A stretch of 64,000 nt of DNA from an uncultured delta proteobacterium (lineage in GTDB: Bacteria; Desulfobacterota; Desulfobacteria; Desulfobacterales; Desulfatirhabdiaceae). The position numbers and the translations under genes were made by a program. Of the stretch, positions 1 through 10,746 are shown piece by piece (position 1 is the first letter of the stretch; each line of letters opens with the position of its first letter). The stretch lies in contig CAWBKP010000003.1 of the NCBI GenBank assembly GCA_963789395.1, forward strand, positions 1 to 64,000, given 5' to 3'. Under the pieces are notes generated by a model that searched no databases, was not told where the DNA came from, and saw only the letters and a list, made by a program, of their open reading frames with translations.

Positions 1-349
1 ATCCGATCGTTTTTTTCACGATTCCCAGCACTTTGTCCGGATCAAACGGCTTTCTGACAAACGCCACGGCATCCTTTACCGCGTGCTGGCCGGCCAGGCC
101 GCTGATCACGATCACGGGTATTTTCTTCAGTTCCTCGTCTTTGGAAAGCTTTCGATAAAACCGCGGCCCCCATTCCTGGGGCATCTCCAGATCCAGGGTA
201 ATCAAATCCGGGCGCTCTGTCTTAACGGCCTCCAGGGCCTGAACCCCGTCCGATGCGCTGCAGGTTTCATATCCATTGTCCGAAAACAATGTGACCAGGT
301 ATTTCACGATGATGGGGTCATCATCGATGACCATGATTTTTTTTGCCAT
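1..349 (-). CDS. Single-domain response regulator (CheY/DivK-like, Tmc-associated); stop codon cut by the window edge
   Basis: Not in the ORF track. Manual translation from ATG at 349 gives MAKKIMVIDDDPIIVKYL...PDLITLDLEMP...IPVIVISG...FVRKPFD (acidic pocket, phospho-Asp, KP motif). GGAGG RBS upstream. Confidence 0.9.
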   Translation of the reverse strand, partial: MAKKIMVIDDDPIIVKYLVTLFSDNGYETCSASDGVQALEAVKTERPDLITLDLEMPQEWGPRFYRKLSKDEELKKIPVIVISGLAGQHAVKDAVAFVRKPFDPDKVLGIVKKTIG

Positions 350-365
350 TGCACCCTCCAAACCC

Positions 366-758
366 TTATTTGACGTCAGCCTTAAGATGACACTGCCCGC
401 ACATCAGCGGCCCCTTGCCGGATGTTTCATGGCATCCCCTGCAATTGACGTGAAAGGCCTTTCTGAGCGAAGGCGTTTTGCCGGAGTCGGTAAGATCGTG
501 ACAGTCCGAGCAGCGCCTGTCTTCCGAAGACGCGTCTTCCAGTTTTTTCCCGTCCTTGAACTCATGATGGCATGTGTTGCAGGCGTCAATTTTGGCTTTT
601 TCATTGTGCGATTCGTGCCGGAACACGGCCCGGGTCCGCTCGGGCTTTGTAAAGACGCTGTTATCAACGGTTGTCATATTTTCCTGAGCGCCTGCGGCAG
701 CCAGTATGTACAAGGGAACCAGTACAGAAACAAGCAGGTACGGCAATAGCTTTTTCAT
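366..758 (-). CDS. tmcA: Tetraheme cytochrome c3 (TmcA-type)
   Basis: Signal peptide, 4 CxxCH motifs (CNTCH, CSDCH, CRGCH, CGQCH), FRHESH c3 motif; adjacent to tmcB/C/D. Confidence 0.88.
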   Translation of the reverse strand: MKKLLPYLLVSVLVPLYILAAAGAQENMTTVDNSVFTKPERTRAVFRHESHNEKAKIDACNTCHHEFKDGKKLEDASSEDRRCSDCHDLTDSGKTPSLRKAFHVNCRGCHETSGKGPLMCGQCHLKADVK

Positions 759-783
759 CCGCTGATTTCTCCTTTCTCTGTGT

Positions 784-2115
784 TTACGGTTTTTCCATGA
801 CCTGATACAAAATGTCGCCGATGAATTTAAGATTCATCCCCAGGCCATAATGGTGATTGATATCTTCAAGGCCGCTGTGACAGTTATGGCAGGGCGCAAT
901 CAGGGTTTTGGCCCCTTTGGCCTTTACGGCAAAGAGCTGTTCGGCCTTGATGCGGTTTCCGCTGATGCGCACCATCTTGTACGGAGGCCCGCAGTTGATG
1001 ACCCCGCCGCCGGCGCAGCAGCAGTAATTGTGTTCGCGGTTCGGGTGCATTTCGATCAGGTTCTCGCAGATCGCGTTTACCACAAACCGGGCCTTTTCAT
1101 GAAGCCCCCGGCCCCTGACGACATTACAGGGGTCATGAAGGGTAACCGGTTCGGTATATTTTTTCGCGATCTTGATCCGGCCTTCCTTGATCATATCGTA
1201 ATAGAATTCAATGGCATGAACCACGGGGATGGGCGGCATTTTCCATCCCAGCCACCGGTTTCCCATATCATAAACCGATCGGAAGGCATGACCGCATTCG
1301 CCCATCACGATTTTCTTCACCTTCAGCCGGGCCGCGGTTTCAAAATGCACCCGCTTGATCCGGCCCATGAGCTCGCTGTCGCCGGTGAACATGGCCATGT
1401 CGCTGTTATCCCAGCCGGGTGTTGCGGGCATGGTCCAGTTGACGCCGGCAACGTTCATCATAACGGCCGCCTGGTAAATGAGCTGGGCCTGAAATTTGGG
1501 CTCGGGTCCGATCACAGAATACAGGATATCGGCCCCTTCCTTTTCAAGGGGGATGCGAAGATCGGGGATCTCGCTTCTGGCCTCTTCCTCCTGCCACTGC
1601 AGCGTGTCCGGCCATTCGTCCCCCTTGACCCACATCTGGTTCATGCTCACCGAATGGCTGTGCGCCGTGGCCTGGATGTACTGGGGCGTCAGGCCCAGAA
1701 GATGGGTGATTCGCCGCACCACGCTCATCAGATAGGCCACATCGATCCCAAAGGGACAGTACATGGCGCAGCGCTTGCATAGATTGCACTGGGTGGCCGC
1801 AATGACGGCCGCCTGTCTCATGAACGCCTTGCTCACCTTGCCTTTTTTACGGATCATCTCCCACAGGGTCTGCTTGACCTTGCCCGCAGGTGAAAAGCGC
1901 GGGTCCATGTCATGGGACAGATAATAATGACAGCCTTCCGAGCACAGCCCGCAGTGGATGCAGGTTTCCACATAAACCTTGAGGCGGGCTCCGGCTTCAA
2001 CATTTAATACGCGCAGAATGGTCTTTTCGATTCTTTCTTCCGTAAGCCTTTCCAGCCCCGTATCAATGCCTTCGTCCGCGATGGTCTCTTCGGTTCGATT
2101 TATCGGTTCAGTCAT
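784..2115 (-). CDS. tmcB: Tmc complex Fe-S/CCG-domain subunit (HdrD/DsrK-like)
   Basis: [11 protein letters not shown] and [12 protein letters not shown] 4Fe-4S motifs; ECGH, HDPC, CCCAGGG, PCHNC CCG-domain motifs. Confidence 0.88.
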   Translation of the reverse strand: MTEPINRTEETIADEGIDTGLERLTEERIEKTILRVLNVEAGARLKVYVETCIHCGLCSEGCHYYLSHDMDPRFSPAGKVKQTLWEMIRKKGKVSKAFMRQAAVIAATQCNLCKRCAMYCPFGIDVAYLMSVVRRITHLLGLTPQYIQATAHSHSVSMNQMWVKGDEWPDTLQWQEEEARSEIPDLRIPLEKEGADILYSVIGPEPKFQAQLIYQAAVMMNVAGVNWTMPATPGWDNSDMAMFTGDSELMGRIKRVHFETAARLKVKKIVMGECGHAFRSVYDMGNRWLGWKMPPIPVVHAIEFYYDMIKEGRIKIAKKYTEPVTLHDPCNVVRGRGLHEKARFVVNAICENLIEMHPNREHNYCCCAGGGVINCGPPYKMVRISGNRIKAEQLFAVKAKGAKTLIAPCHNCHSGLEDINHHYGLGMNLKFIGDILYQVMEKP

Positions 2116-2151
2116 AAACAGATGCCCTCCCTTTCATTAAACATGCCCCGA

Positions 2152-2811
2152 TCACCAGTCCCTTGCGTGCCGTACGTTTCCGAATTCCGAGCCCATATAG
2201 GCTCTGGTAAACGGCGAAAACAGCATGTGGCTCAGCCGGGTGAACGGAATGGCCACCAGCAGGATTTCACCTGTCAGGATATGAAGAACCATGAAAAATG
2301 GATAATCGATCCACTGGTGATAGGCCATAAACCCGGTCACAAAGGGGGCTGCGACCATCCCCAGAATCACATAATCCGATGGGGAAGTCAGATACCGGAC
2401 TTCCGGCAGTTTGATCCGGCGGACCCAGAAAAACACGCAGCAGCCGATCACCGCAACGGTCATGACGTCTGAAACCGGATCCGGAAGCGTCCACAGCTGA
2501 ATATTCCAGGATTCATCCCAGAGCACCGCATGGGACAGGAGAAAAACAGGGGTGATCACCAGGCAGATATGAAACGTAAAGGTCACCAGCGTCATGAGCG
2601 GATGCTTTTGCATGTTCACCGATGCAAACGGCGTGATCCAGTGGAAAATGGACCGCAGGCTGTATTTCAAGCTCATGAACGATAGAATGAATTTTTCTTT
2701 CCGATAAACGAGAACAAACATGTGAATCAAACGGTACAGGCTGCCGGCAATAAACACCGCAAAAGCCAGTATTGCCAGCGGGCCGCTCACGAATTGATAG
2801 ATGTCATGCAT
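2152..2811 (-). CDS. tmcC: Tmc complex membrane cytochrome b subunit (NarI-like)
   Basis: About 5 hydrophobic segments, conserved His residues (FHI, SHA, LHI, SHM), IPFTRLSHM motif. Confidence 0.85.
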   Translation of the reverse strand: MHDIYQFVSGPLAILAFAVFIAGSLYRLIHMFVLVYRKEKFILSFMSLKYSLRSIFHWITPFASVNMQKHPLMTLVTFTFHICLVITPVFLLSHAVLWDESWNIQLWTLPDPVSDVMTVAVIGCCVFFWVRRIKLPEVRYLTSPSDYVILGMVAAPFVTGFMAYHQWIDYPFFMVLHILTGEILLVAIPFTRLSHMLFSPFTRAYMGSEFGNVRHARDW

Positions 2812-2826
2812 GTCTTTTCTCTCCTT

Positions 2827-4086
2827 TTATCGCCCGAATTCGCTGACGGGAATGACCCGGCGAAAGTACGTGCCGTCTTCGATGGTTCTAAAAAGAAGCC
2901 GGGTTCCATCCGGGCTGAACACAGGATTCCAGGCCGCCTCGCAGTCATGCGTCCACAGCCGGTCGTTCAGTGCGATCGTATACTTGCCGCCGCGCTCCAC
3001 TTTTGCGGCAACATTTGCGCTGTCCGGGCTGAAAACCGGTTTCCAGATCATGTCAAATGTGTTTTTCCAGGCTGATCCCTGAACCGCCAGGCCCCAGCGC
3101 TCATGGTCCTTGACCACCGCGGCGATTCTTCGGCTGTCGGGGCTGAATGTCAGATCCGTCACAAAATCGCTGAAAACAAGGCCCCAGGCCCTGTCATCCA
3201 CGGCAATGGTCCATTTGCCAAACCCCGTGGCGACAATTGCCGCCAGGCTTTTTCCGTCCGGACCGAACACCGGTTGCCAGAGCTGATCAAAGGCCGTGGT
3301 CCACATCAATTGGCCGTCTTCTGCCAAATACCATTTCCCCTTCTGCCGGACCGGTGCCACAACCTTGCCGCTGACCGGATGAAAGATCGGCTCCCACACC
3401 CCACCAAAGCTCTTCTCCCAGGGGATGCCGTTGACGGCAATCGTATAGTCGTAGAGCGTCAGCCGCACTTCCGCCGCCAGATCGCCGTTTGGGCCGATGG
3501 CCTTGTTCCAGACGTTTACAAAGGCACGATCCCAGGCTGCGCCGTCCATGGCAGCGGATATCGTGCCTTGCTGAAATTTATGGATTTCGACTTCTCCTGC
3601 TGCAATCACCTGAACCGATGCCGCCGTATGATTGCCATCCGCGCTAAGCACAGGATCGGACAGATTCGCATAAGTCGTTTCCCAGGCAACGTCATTTAAT
3701 GCCATGCCGTATTGCCCGTCCTGCTGAAACGCCACCGCAATGCCGCTGCCGTCCTTGCTGAACAAAGGATTCCACACATAACCGAAACGGCTTTCCCAGG
3801 CTACCCCGTCCACGGCAACACTCCACTCCCCTGCGTCCGAGACCAGGGCCATCAGCCTGCCATCAGCGGTAAAACGCAGGTGCCAGATTTTCTCAAAGGG
3901 ATTTTCCCAGCTCTGGCCGTTCACACAGACATTGAATTCTCCTTCCGCCAAGTTGACAATCGCTGCAACCCGCTCCCCGTCATCACTGGCATAAGGCTCC
4001 TCAACCCACTCAAACCGGCTGTCCCACTCCCCGACGGGAATGCGCTTTTCGCTGCTCTCCCAATCCCACGCGTCGGTGTCCGCCAT
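2827..4086 (-). CDS. tmcD: Tmc complex Trp-rich repeat subunit (beta-propeller-like)
   Basis: Repeated W-x-P-x-F-S-P-D-G units, very Trp-rich; located next to tmcC. Confidence 0.82.
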   Translation of the reverse strand: MADTDAWDWESSEKRIPVGEWDSRFEWVEEPYASDDGERVAAIVNLAEGEFNVCVNGQSWENPFEKIWHLRFTADGRLMALVSDAGEWSVAVDGVAWESRFGYVWNPLFSKDGSGIAVAFQQDGQYGMALNDVAWETTYANLSDPVLSADGNHTAASVQVIAAGEVEIHKFQQGTISAAMDGAAWDRAFVNVWNKAIGPNGDLAAEVRLTLYDYTIAVNGIPWEKSFGGVWEPIFHPVSGKVVAPVRQKGKWYLAEDGQLMWTTAFDQLWQPVFGPDGKSLAAIVATGFGKWTIAVDDRAWGLVFSDFVTDLTFSPDSRRIAAVVKDHERWGLAVQGSAWKNTFDMIWKPVFSPDSANVAAKVERGGKYTIALNDRLWTHDCEAAWNPVFSPDGTRLLFRTIEDGTYFRRVIPVSEFGR

Positions 4087-4259
4087 GCATCCTCCCTTAT
4101 AAAACGATTATGAATCGGTGTCTGGACGAAACCCCTGTTTCTGTTTAAGAATACATATTCGTAAGCCGGAACCCGAAACAACTCACAAAAAAATACAACT
4201 GATGACATTCGGATTCTGCCTGAATGATCTTTCCGTTCAGACACCAATAAAAATAAATA

Positions 4260-6179
4260 TTACGGTGAAGGCCTGATCGGAATTAGAACGCTGACCGTTG
4301 TTCCCTCCCCCGGACTGGAAAGCACGGAAACAGTTCCCTGGTGCTGCTGGATAACTCTTTGGGCAATAAATAGACCCAGCCCGGTTCCTTTTTGTCCTTT
4401 GGAAGAAAAAAACAGGGAAAACAGCTTTTCCTGAGTTTGCTGATCCATTCCGATCCCATCATCGCTGACTTCAAACAGCATCTGACTGCCATTAGATCTG
4501 GCGCTGAAACAGATCCGGTGTGAGGGTTTCCCGGAATCCTCCGCACAGGCTTCAACGGCATTCTCCAGAATATTGACCAAGGCAGTCCGTAGTGCCGAGC
4601 GGTCAATTTCTATGCTTTCCATCGCAGATTCAACGTCACACGCCCATGCAATGGGCAAATTTTTCAATTTGGGTTCAATAATCTGAAAAACATCCCGCAC
4701 CAGACTCGAAACCTGGGTTTCTTCCCGTTTGAGTTCGCGCTCCTTGGCGTAATAGAGAATATCCAGAACCGCATTACGAATCCGTTCGGCCATAAGCTTG
4801 GCCGCATCTATGCCTTCCTGAATTCGGGATGGTTCATTTTTATTCAGGCCGGATTGAATCAAGTATAAGCCGCCGTCAAGAGCTGTCAGCATCCCCTTTA
4901 CGGCATGGGAAATCGAACTCATCAGCAGTCCCAGCGAAGACAGGTGATCCTGAAGGTTTCGCACCTGGGTAATATTGGTCGCCAGCTCCATTACCTGAAC
5001 AACCTGGCCGAAAGCATTCCGCAGCGGTGCAGTAACCACAAGAAGATGAATCTGGTCCCCTGATTTTGAAGTGGCTGTTATCTCCGCCTGGTGGGGCTGG
5101 GCGTCTTCAAAAGTCTTGGAAACCGGGCAATTGCAGCAGGGGTCATACCGGTTCTGGTATACCTGGAAACACCTGGAATCCAGTTCATCCCCAAAGTCTT
5201 CCTTAAACCGCTTGTTGGTTGCCAGAATTCGGAAATCTCGGTCCTGAACCGTAATATAACACGGAGACTCGTCAAAAAGCTGCTGATACCGCTGCTGCGT
5301 GGCATCCAGTTCGTCCTGAAGCCGTTTGACCTCTGAAATGTCCGCCGATATTTCAAGCACCAGTTCCAGGGTTCCATCGCTGTTTCGAATCGGCGCCGTA
5401 TGCACCATGACCAGGGACTGGGAACCGTCCGAAAACTCGACGATCTCCCGGATCCGCTGCCCCTCGCCGCTGGAAAACGTTTTCCCCACCGGACATTGCT
5501 CGGGAGTTGCTGTTTTTCCTTTATATATTTTCCAACTGTCTTCTCCGACCGCATTTCCCAGGCGCTGACGATACAGGTGATTGGCGGCAAGGACTTTTAG
5601 CTGGCGGTTATGCACCGATACGAAACAAGGCATTTCATTGAAATGCCGCAGACGGTCCTCTCCCAGATCGTCTGCAATACGACGCATGGCCGACGACAAC
5701 CCTTCCATTGCCTGATCAACTGCGGTCAAGCGTTCAAGTTCGACAAGTCTTGCAGATTTTTCCTCAACCATCAGCTCAAGATTTTCGGTATATGCGCGCA
5801 GCTGACTGCGCATCAGAATACGCTCATTGGCTCGCTTGAGGGCAATTTCAAGGACATCGTCGTTGATGGGTTTGGTGACAAAATCCGTGGCTTCCAGCTT
5901 GAGACTCTTTATGGCCAGTTCCATATCCCCGTGACCGGTAATCATGATGACTTCGGTTTCCGGGCTTTCAAGCTTGATTTTCTGCAGCAGACCAATGCCA
6001 TCCAACCCCGGCATTTTAATATCGGTCAATACAATGGGAGGAGATTGCGTTCTGAAAATCGAGAGGGCTTCGTCGCCGTTTTCCGCGGTAAGAACATCAT
6101 ATCCCATATCGGATAAGGATATTCCCAGCACCTTGCGAATACCTTCTTCATCATCAACCAGCAGGAGCTTTTTTTGCAT
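4260..6179 (-). CDS. Hybrid sensor histidine kinase: REC-PAS-PAS-HisKA-HATPase
   Basis: N-terminal REC domain (LLVDDE, TDIKMP, KP), two PAS-like repeats, H-box SISHAVKG, N-box NILENAVEA, DDGIG, GTGLGL. Confidence 0.9.
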   Translation of the reverse strand: MQKKLLLVDDEEGIRKVLGISLSDMGYDVLTAENGDEALSIFRTQSPPIVLTDIKMPGLDGIGLLQKIKLESPETEVIMITGHGDMELAIKSLKLEATDFVTKPINDDVLEIALKRANERILMRSQLRAYTENLELMVEEKSARLVELERLTAVDQAMEGLSSAMRRIADDLGEDRLRHFNEMPCFVSVHNRQLKVLAANHLYRQRLGNAVGEDSWKIYKGKTATPEQCPVGKTFSSGEGQRIREIVEFSDGSQSLVMVHTAPIRNSDGTLELVLEISADISEVKRLQDELDATQQRYQQLFDESPCYITVQDRDFRILATNKRFKEDFGDELDSRCFQVYQNRYDPCCNCPVSKTFEDAQPHQAEITATSKSGDQIHLLVVTAPLRNAFGQVVQVMELATNITQVRNLQDHLSSLGLLMSSISHAVKGMLTALDGGLYLIQSGLNKNEPSRIQEGIDAAKLMAERIRNAVLDILYYAKERELKREETQVSSLVRDVFQIIEPKLKNLPIAWACDVESAMESIEIDRSALRTALVNILENAVEACAEDSGKPSHRICFSARSNGSQMLFEVSDDGIGMDQQTQEKLFSLFFSSKGQKGTGLGLFIAQRVIQQHQGTVSVLSSPGEGTTVSVLIPIRPSP

Positions 6180-6309
6180 GCCGATGAATCCTGGTTTGCA
6201 GAAATAAGAAAGATTGCGAAGAAGAACAGGATGTAAACGTGGATTCTGTGTTTAGCCTGTATCAGGATTTTATGGGATTATCAAGACCCGAATCCGTTTT
6301 CCGGTTGTA

Positions 6310-6717
6310 TTACACGTGAGGTAAAATGGATTTGATCAATGTCAGAAGCTGATCCGGGTCAACCGGTTTTTCAAGATATCCCGCCGGCTGCGGAATCGGA
6401 AAGGGTAAGCTGAAATTCAACATCCTGAGATAATGATAAAAACTTTTTTTCCCAACCGCCGAAAGCATCACCACCGGAATCGGCGCCAGCTCCGGATCCA
6501 TCTTGAGTTTCCGGTACATCTGAACGCCGCCTTCACCGGGCATCATCACATCCAGAAGGATGAGATCGGGGTTTCCGGTGCGGGCCTTGGAAACCCCGTC
6601 CAGACCATTCCGGGTGGTAACCGGTTGGTAGCCGCTTGTCTCCAGAACGGTGGACAGAAAGATTCTCATGTCGAGCTCATCATCCACAATGAGAATCTTC
6701 TTTTTACTCATAGACAA
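6310..6717 (-). CDS. Single-domain response regulator
   Basis: ILIVDDE, LLDVMMP, EKP motifs; start may be 6711. Confidence 0.9.
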   Translation of the reverse strand: MSMSKKKILIVDDELDMRIFLSTVLETSGYQPVTTRNGLDGVSKARTGNPDLILLDVMMPGEGGVQMYRKLKMDPELAPIPVVMLSAVGKKSFYHYLRMLNFSLPFPIPQPAGYLEKPVDPDQLLTLIKSILPHV

Positions 6718-6730
6718 CGCGTCCTTTTTT

Positions 6731-7657
6731 TCAGCCGGTTACTTTGTCCGGGTGATTCACGCTGGCAACCGGGCAGGATGCCCGCAACACCACCTGTTCA
6801 ACGGTGCTGCCGAGAATGGCGGATTCCGGATCGATTTCCTTGGTGTGATGGGCCATCACGATGAGGTCTGCATTTTTGGCCCTGGAATATTTCAGGATTT
6901 CCACATAGGGAATCCCTTCCCAGATGCCGATTTCATAATTGTCATAGTCCTTGAGATAGCGGCCATATAGTTTTTCGATTTTCTTTCGGGCTTCCTGGAT
7001 TCGCTCTTCGATCTCCTCCTGGGGGACCACTTTGCCGGCATGCACCTGGCTTAAATCGAGTGAATGGAAAATATACAGCTTGCTGCCGATTTCCTTTGCC
7101 AGCTTATAGGCAAACAGAAACGCTGAAAACGAGGCTTTGCTGAAATCGGTGCCGAATACGATATTGGAGAAATACCACAAACAGGTCGTGCAGGGCCTGC
7201 TGACAATCAGCACCGGGCATCTGGCGCCTCTGGCCACTTTCTGCATGTTCGTGCCCACCGCCCCCCGGTACCGGGTAGCACCTGTTTCCTCCTGCCGGGA
7301 ATGCGCGCCCATGACGATAAGATCCGCATCAATTTTTCGCGCCTTTCGCAAAATCTCGGTATGGGGGACGCCGGCAATGGAATCGATTTCACAGGTTTTA
7401 CAGGTTGCCAGATACTTGTCGTAGGTATTTTTAAGCTCTTCCTTTACCCATGAAATATAATCCAGATCATAACTTTCTTCTTCGCCGGTGCGGGCATCCA
7501 CCACAAGCTGGCCGAATCCCCTGGTCGGAAGTCCCAGCACATGAAACGTAAAAAGCGTTGAATTGTATTTTTTTGCAATATCAAACGCCACGTGTGCGGC
7601 ATTATCGCAAATCGGCGTTCCGGTGGTTGCAAACAGGATTTTATCAAACATTGTCAC
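6731..7657 (-). CDS. Tandem-domain universal stress protein
   Basis: Two UspA domains (KILFAT...ADLIVMG...CPVLIV; NIVFGTDFS...ADLIVMA...GSTVEQV...CPV). Confidence 0.9.
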   Translation of the reverse strand: MTMFDKILFATTGTPICDNAAHVAFDIAKKYNSTLFTFHVLGLPTRGFGQLVVDARTGEEESYDLDYISWVKEELKNTYDKYLATCKTCEIDSIAGVPHTEILRKARKIDADLIVMGAHSRQEETGATRYRGAVGTNMQKVARGARCPVLIVSRPCTTCLWYFSNIVFGTDFSKASFSAFLFAYKLAKEIGSKLYIFHSLDLSQVHAGKVVPQEEIEERIQEARKKIEKLYGRYLKDYDNYEIGIWEGIPYVEILKYSRAKNADLIVMAHHTKEIDPESAILGSTVEQVVLRASCPVASVNHPDKVTG

Positions 7658-8193
7658 CTCCGTATTTCACAGGCCAAGAGTGTGCCATGAAAGCTGAGCT
7701 CCCATAAAATGGCATCAATCAATTCAAAGAGAGTGAACACCGTTTCAAATTCGAACAGATCCACCTTGTCGCCAAAAACAACGTGTTTGAGTTTCCCCAG
7801 CCTCAGGGGCATGTCCAGGAGGCTTTCAAGCGGGAAATCCTTGATTTCATGAAAATTCACCCCTTGCATGCCGTACAGCGAGTGGTATATTTCAAGACGT
7901 GGCTTTCCGGGGAAACCGATCATTTCAATGGTCTTGGTCAGCAGCAGATGATCCAGGGACGGGTCCTGGCATCCGCCGGCAGGGCTTTTTCGGTACTGTT
8001 CCAGAGACGCTGCAAAAAAAGGATTCAGCTCCGAAAGGAGCGGATAATTTTCAATCAGTTTAAAATAGCTGCGCAGAGTACAATCAGGAGCCAGTTTCAC
8101 CTGCGCGCTGAGAAACATCAGCGGACGGCCTGCTTCAACCGGCTTGGCGTCAGATACGATCATGCCATCGGATGTCAGCGTGATTTCATTCAT
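7654..8193 (-). CDS. Hypothetical protein in the Hmc/Tmc regulatory block
   Basis: 179-aa ORF overlapping the USP start by 4 nt, co-oriented; no recognisable motif. Confidence 0.7.
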   Translation of the reverse strand: MNEITLTSDGMIVSDAKPVEAGRPLMFLSAQVKLAPDCTLRSYFKLIENYPLLSELNPFFAASLEQYRKSPAGGCQDPSLDHLLLTKTIEMIGFPGKPRLEIYHSLYGMQGVNFHEIKDFPLESLLDMPLRLGKLKHVVFGDKVDLFEFETVFTLFELIDAILWELSFHGTLLACEIRR

Positions 8194-8206
8194 TCAGTTT
8201 TTCAGA

Positions 8207-9589
8207 TCATTCCTCGGGCTTCAAATGGTCCGGAACAATCACCATCTTCAGGAGAATCGGCTTCAGAAACGACCATCGGATTCCGACTTTATATATTTCT
8301 TCCAAGTCCCGGATAGCATCCCAGCAGTTATGGCAGGGAGTGATGACCAGTTTTGCGCCGGTAGCCAGAATCTGGTCCCGCTTGACCTTAAGGCCGACGT
8401 TGCGCTGTTCCCGGTACCGCCCCAAACCGTTCATGCCGCCGCCGCCGCCGCAGCAGAAATTATGCTCCCTGTTTGGCCGCATTTCCCGGAAGTCTTCGGC
8501 GATATAGCTCATGATTTCACGGGCACAGTCGCTGAGCCCTGCATTTCGAATGTAATTACAGGAATCCTGATACGTAACCGGCTCCTTGATTTTTTTGGAT
8601 GGATCCAGCTTGAGCTTGCCGGTCCGTAAGGCCTCTGCAACCCATTCCACATAATGGAAGCTGGGAACCGGCGTTTTGCCGCTTTTCAGACCTGCCCAGT
8701 AAGGACCTTCAATCACGGTTGCCCGGTAGGCGTGCCCGCATTCGGTTACGACCATGCGCTTGGGCTTGAGGCGTTCCATGGCGTCATACACGGATTGAAC
8801 CTGAAGCCGGCAGCCTTCCCAGTCCCCGGCAAACATGGCCAGACTCGTTTCTTCCCAGCCGACGCTGGGAACGGTCCAGTTTTCACCGGCAAGATGGAAT
8901 AAAATCGCCGCTTCAGCCAGATCCTCTGGATAATGCTTTGGCTCTCTGGCATTTACCGTATAAATGATATCCGCGTTTTCCTTGTCCACGGGTATCTCGA
9001 GCCCCGGCCAGTCCTCCTCGTTTTCTTCCGCCATCCACTGGCAGGTATCCACCCAGTCTTCGGAAGTGACATCCATCTGCGCCCGGTAGATCCGGTGCAT
9101 GCCGGAGCCGATCTTCAGCTCCCAGGGAACAAACCCCTGGGAAAAGCAAATGCCCCTGAGGTAGCCGAACATCACGCCCATATCGATCCCGAACGGGCAG
9201 TACATGCCGCAGCGATTGCAGCAGGTGCATTTTCCCCAGGCAATGTCCATCGTCTTCTGCATGAAGGCGTTGTCCACATCCCCGTTTCGTTTGACGATCT
9301 GTCCCAGCGTGGACTGGATCTTGTAAGAGGGTACCTGTTCGGGGTCCTTGTTGTTGGCAAGATAGAAAAAACAGCTGTCCGCGCACATGCCGCAATGGGC
9401 GCAGATTTCAAGCCAGGTGCGGATGCGCGACTTGCAGGTTTTATCCAGCGTCGCCTTCAGGGCCGCTCGATCCACCTCAAGATGGTTCATTTCCTCGTAA
9501 TATGTTTTGCCACTCTTGTCGGCCAGAAGCGTTAAAAGCTCTTCCTTGGTGTTTACCGGTATTTTATTGCAGAGTGTTCCTTCAGGCAT
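8207..9589 (-). CDS. hmcF: Hmc complex Fe-S/CCG subunit
   Basis: [11 protein letters not shown] and [32 protein letters not shown]; last gene of the hmc run. Confidence 0.88.
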   Translation of the reverse strand: MPEGTLCNKIPVNTKEELLTLLADKSGKTYYEEMNHLEVDRAALKATLDKTCKSRIRTWLEICAHCGMCADSCFFYLANNKDPEQVPSYKIQSTLGQIVKRNGDVDNAFMQKTMDIAWGKCTCCNRCGMYCPFGIDMGVMFGYLRGICFSQGFVPWELKIGSGMHRIYRAQMDVTSEDWVDTCQWMAEENEEDWPGLEIPVDKENADIIYTVNAREPKHYPEDLAEAAILFHLAGENWTVPSVGWEETSLAMFAGDWEGCRLQVQSVYDAMERLKPKRMVVTECGHAYRATVIEGPYWAGLKSGKTPVPSFHYVEWVAEALRTGKLKLDPSKKIKEPVTYQDSCNYIRNAGLSDCAREIMSYIAEDFREMRPNREHNFCCGGGGGMNGLGRYREQRNVGLKVKRDQILATGAKLVITPCHNCWDAIRDLEEIYKVGIRWSFLKPILLKMVIVPDHLKPEE

Positions 9590-9677
9590 AGTATTATTTC
9601 CAAAAAAGATAAAGGTAAAAGCACTTCGTGACGCATAAACGGGTTATGTATTCACGGTTTGCGATTCACGATTGTTA

Positions 9678-10355
9678 TCACCAGGCAAGCCCCTTGCTTT
9701 TCATGCCGCCGCGCTTGATGCCGTAATCCATTCCAAGTTGGGCGCGCGATAAAAAGAAACCGACAAAATGGGAAAGCTTGGTAAAGGGGATGGCCATCAG
9801 CATGATTTCCCCGGAAAGAATGTGGAGTATCAGCCAGAGCTGGTAATTTCCCAATTGGAAATGAGCCAATAGTCCCGTCAAAAACGGTGCAACAGCAATA
9901 GCCAGCAGCAGATAATCATAGGCTGTCGTGATAATCCGTACCTCGGGCAGCGCAATTCGGCGGAGAATCAGAAAAAAGGCTGCAACCAGGACAAGAATCG
10001 TCAGGAAATCAGCAGCAGGCTCTGGAATCGTCCAGAGGCTGAACCCCCATCTTTCCTGAAGCAGCACATTGTGAGCCATCAGAAAAATCGGCGTAAACAG
10101 AAGACCGATGTGAAAGGCAAATACCAGCAGCGTCATAAACGGATAACTTCGCCAGCTGCGCGTACCGAACGGAAAGAGCCAGAAGAATACGGACCGCAGC
10201 GCACCTTTAATGCCATAGGACACATTGACCGTATAGGTTACCCTGTCCAGCTTCCAGTCCAGGCCTCTGATATACTGAATTACCCGCACAACGACGCCGA
10301 CAAAAAAAACCAGAAACGCCAGCCATGCCAGGGGACCGGTTACAAAGTCATACAT
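9678..10355 (-). CDS. hmcE: Hmc complex membrane cytochrome b subunit
   Basis: NarI-like hydrophobic protein paralogous to tmcC; IPFTKLSH motif. Confidence 0.87.
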   Translation of the reverse strand: MYDFVTGPLAWLAFLVFFVGVVVRVIQYIRGLDWKLDRVTYTVNVSYGIKGALRSVFFWLFPFGTRSWRSYPFMTLLVFAFHIGLLFTPIFLMAHNVLLQERWGFSLWTIPEPAADFLTILVLVAAFFLILRRIALPEVRIITTAYDYLLLAIAVAPFLTGLLAHFQLGNYQLWLILHILSGEIMLMAIPFTKLSHFVGFFLSRAQLGMDYGIKRGGMKSKGLAW

Positions 10356-10393
10356 GGGCGACTCCTTTATGTCTTGCTAAGACTCTCAATTCT

Positions 10394-10561
10394 TTAATGG
10401 TGTTCACTTTCGTGATGTTCAACCGGCTGCGTATCCGTATCGCGTTCCGTCAGAAACAGCCAGAAACCGGTTATGGCAATAAGGGAGACAATCATGATCA
10501 GATAGGTGACACCCTTTGTATACGTCATGAAATCCTGTAGCGTGTAAAATCCGCCTTCCAT
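10394..10561 (-). CDS. hmcD: Hmc complex small membrane subunit
   Basis: 55 aa from ATG 10561 (MEGGFYTLQDFMTYTKGVTYLIM...FWLFLTERD), one TM helix, between hmcC and hmcE. Confidence 0.78.
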   Translation of the reverse strand: MEGGFYTLQDFMTYTKGVTYLIMIVSLIAITGFWLFLTERDTDTQPVEHHESEHH

Positions 10562-10746
10562 AATATATCCTCGCTGAAATATGCGGTTAGCCTGAAGACC
10601 GAAGGGCCTCTGTTTTTCAAGTTCCCCGATCTTCATCTTGGGATCATACCGATGTTAGCATGATGATTTTGGTCATTGTTTCAAGTTTCGTGCTTCGAAT
10701 TTGAATTGAAAGAGGGTTTCCCTTCAGGCACGACCTGTTTGAAACG

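Noticed and set aside
2827..4086. Internal repeats of tmcD as a DNA repeat array
   Set aside because: The repeats are at the protein level (propeller-like blades) and diverged in DNA.
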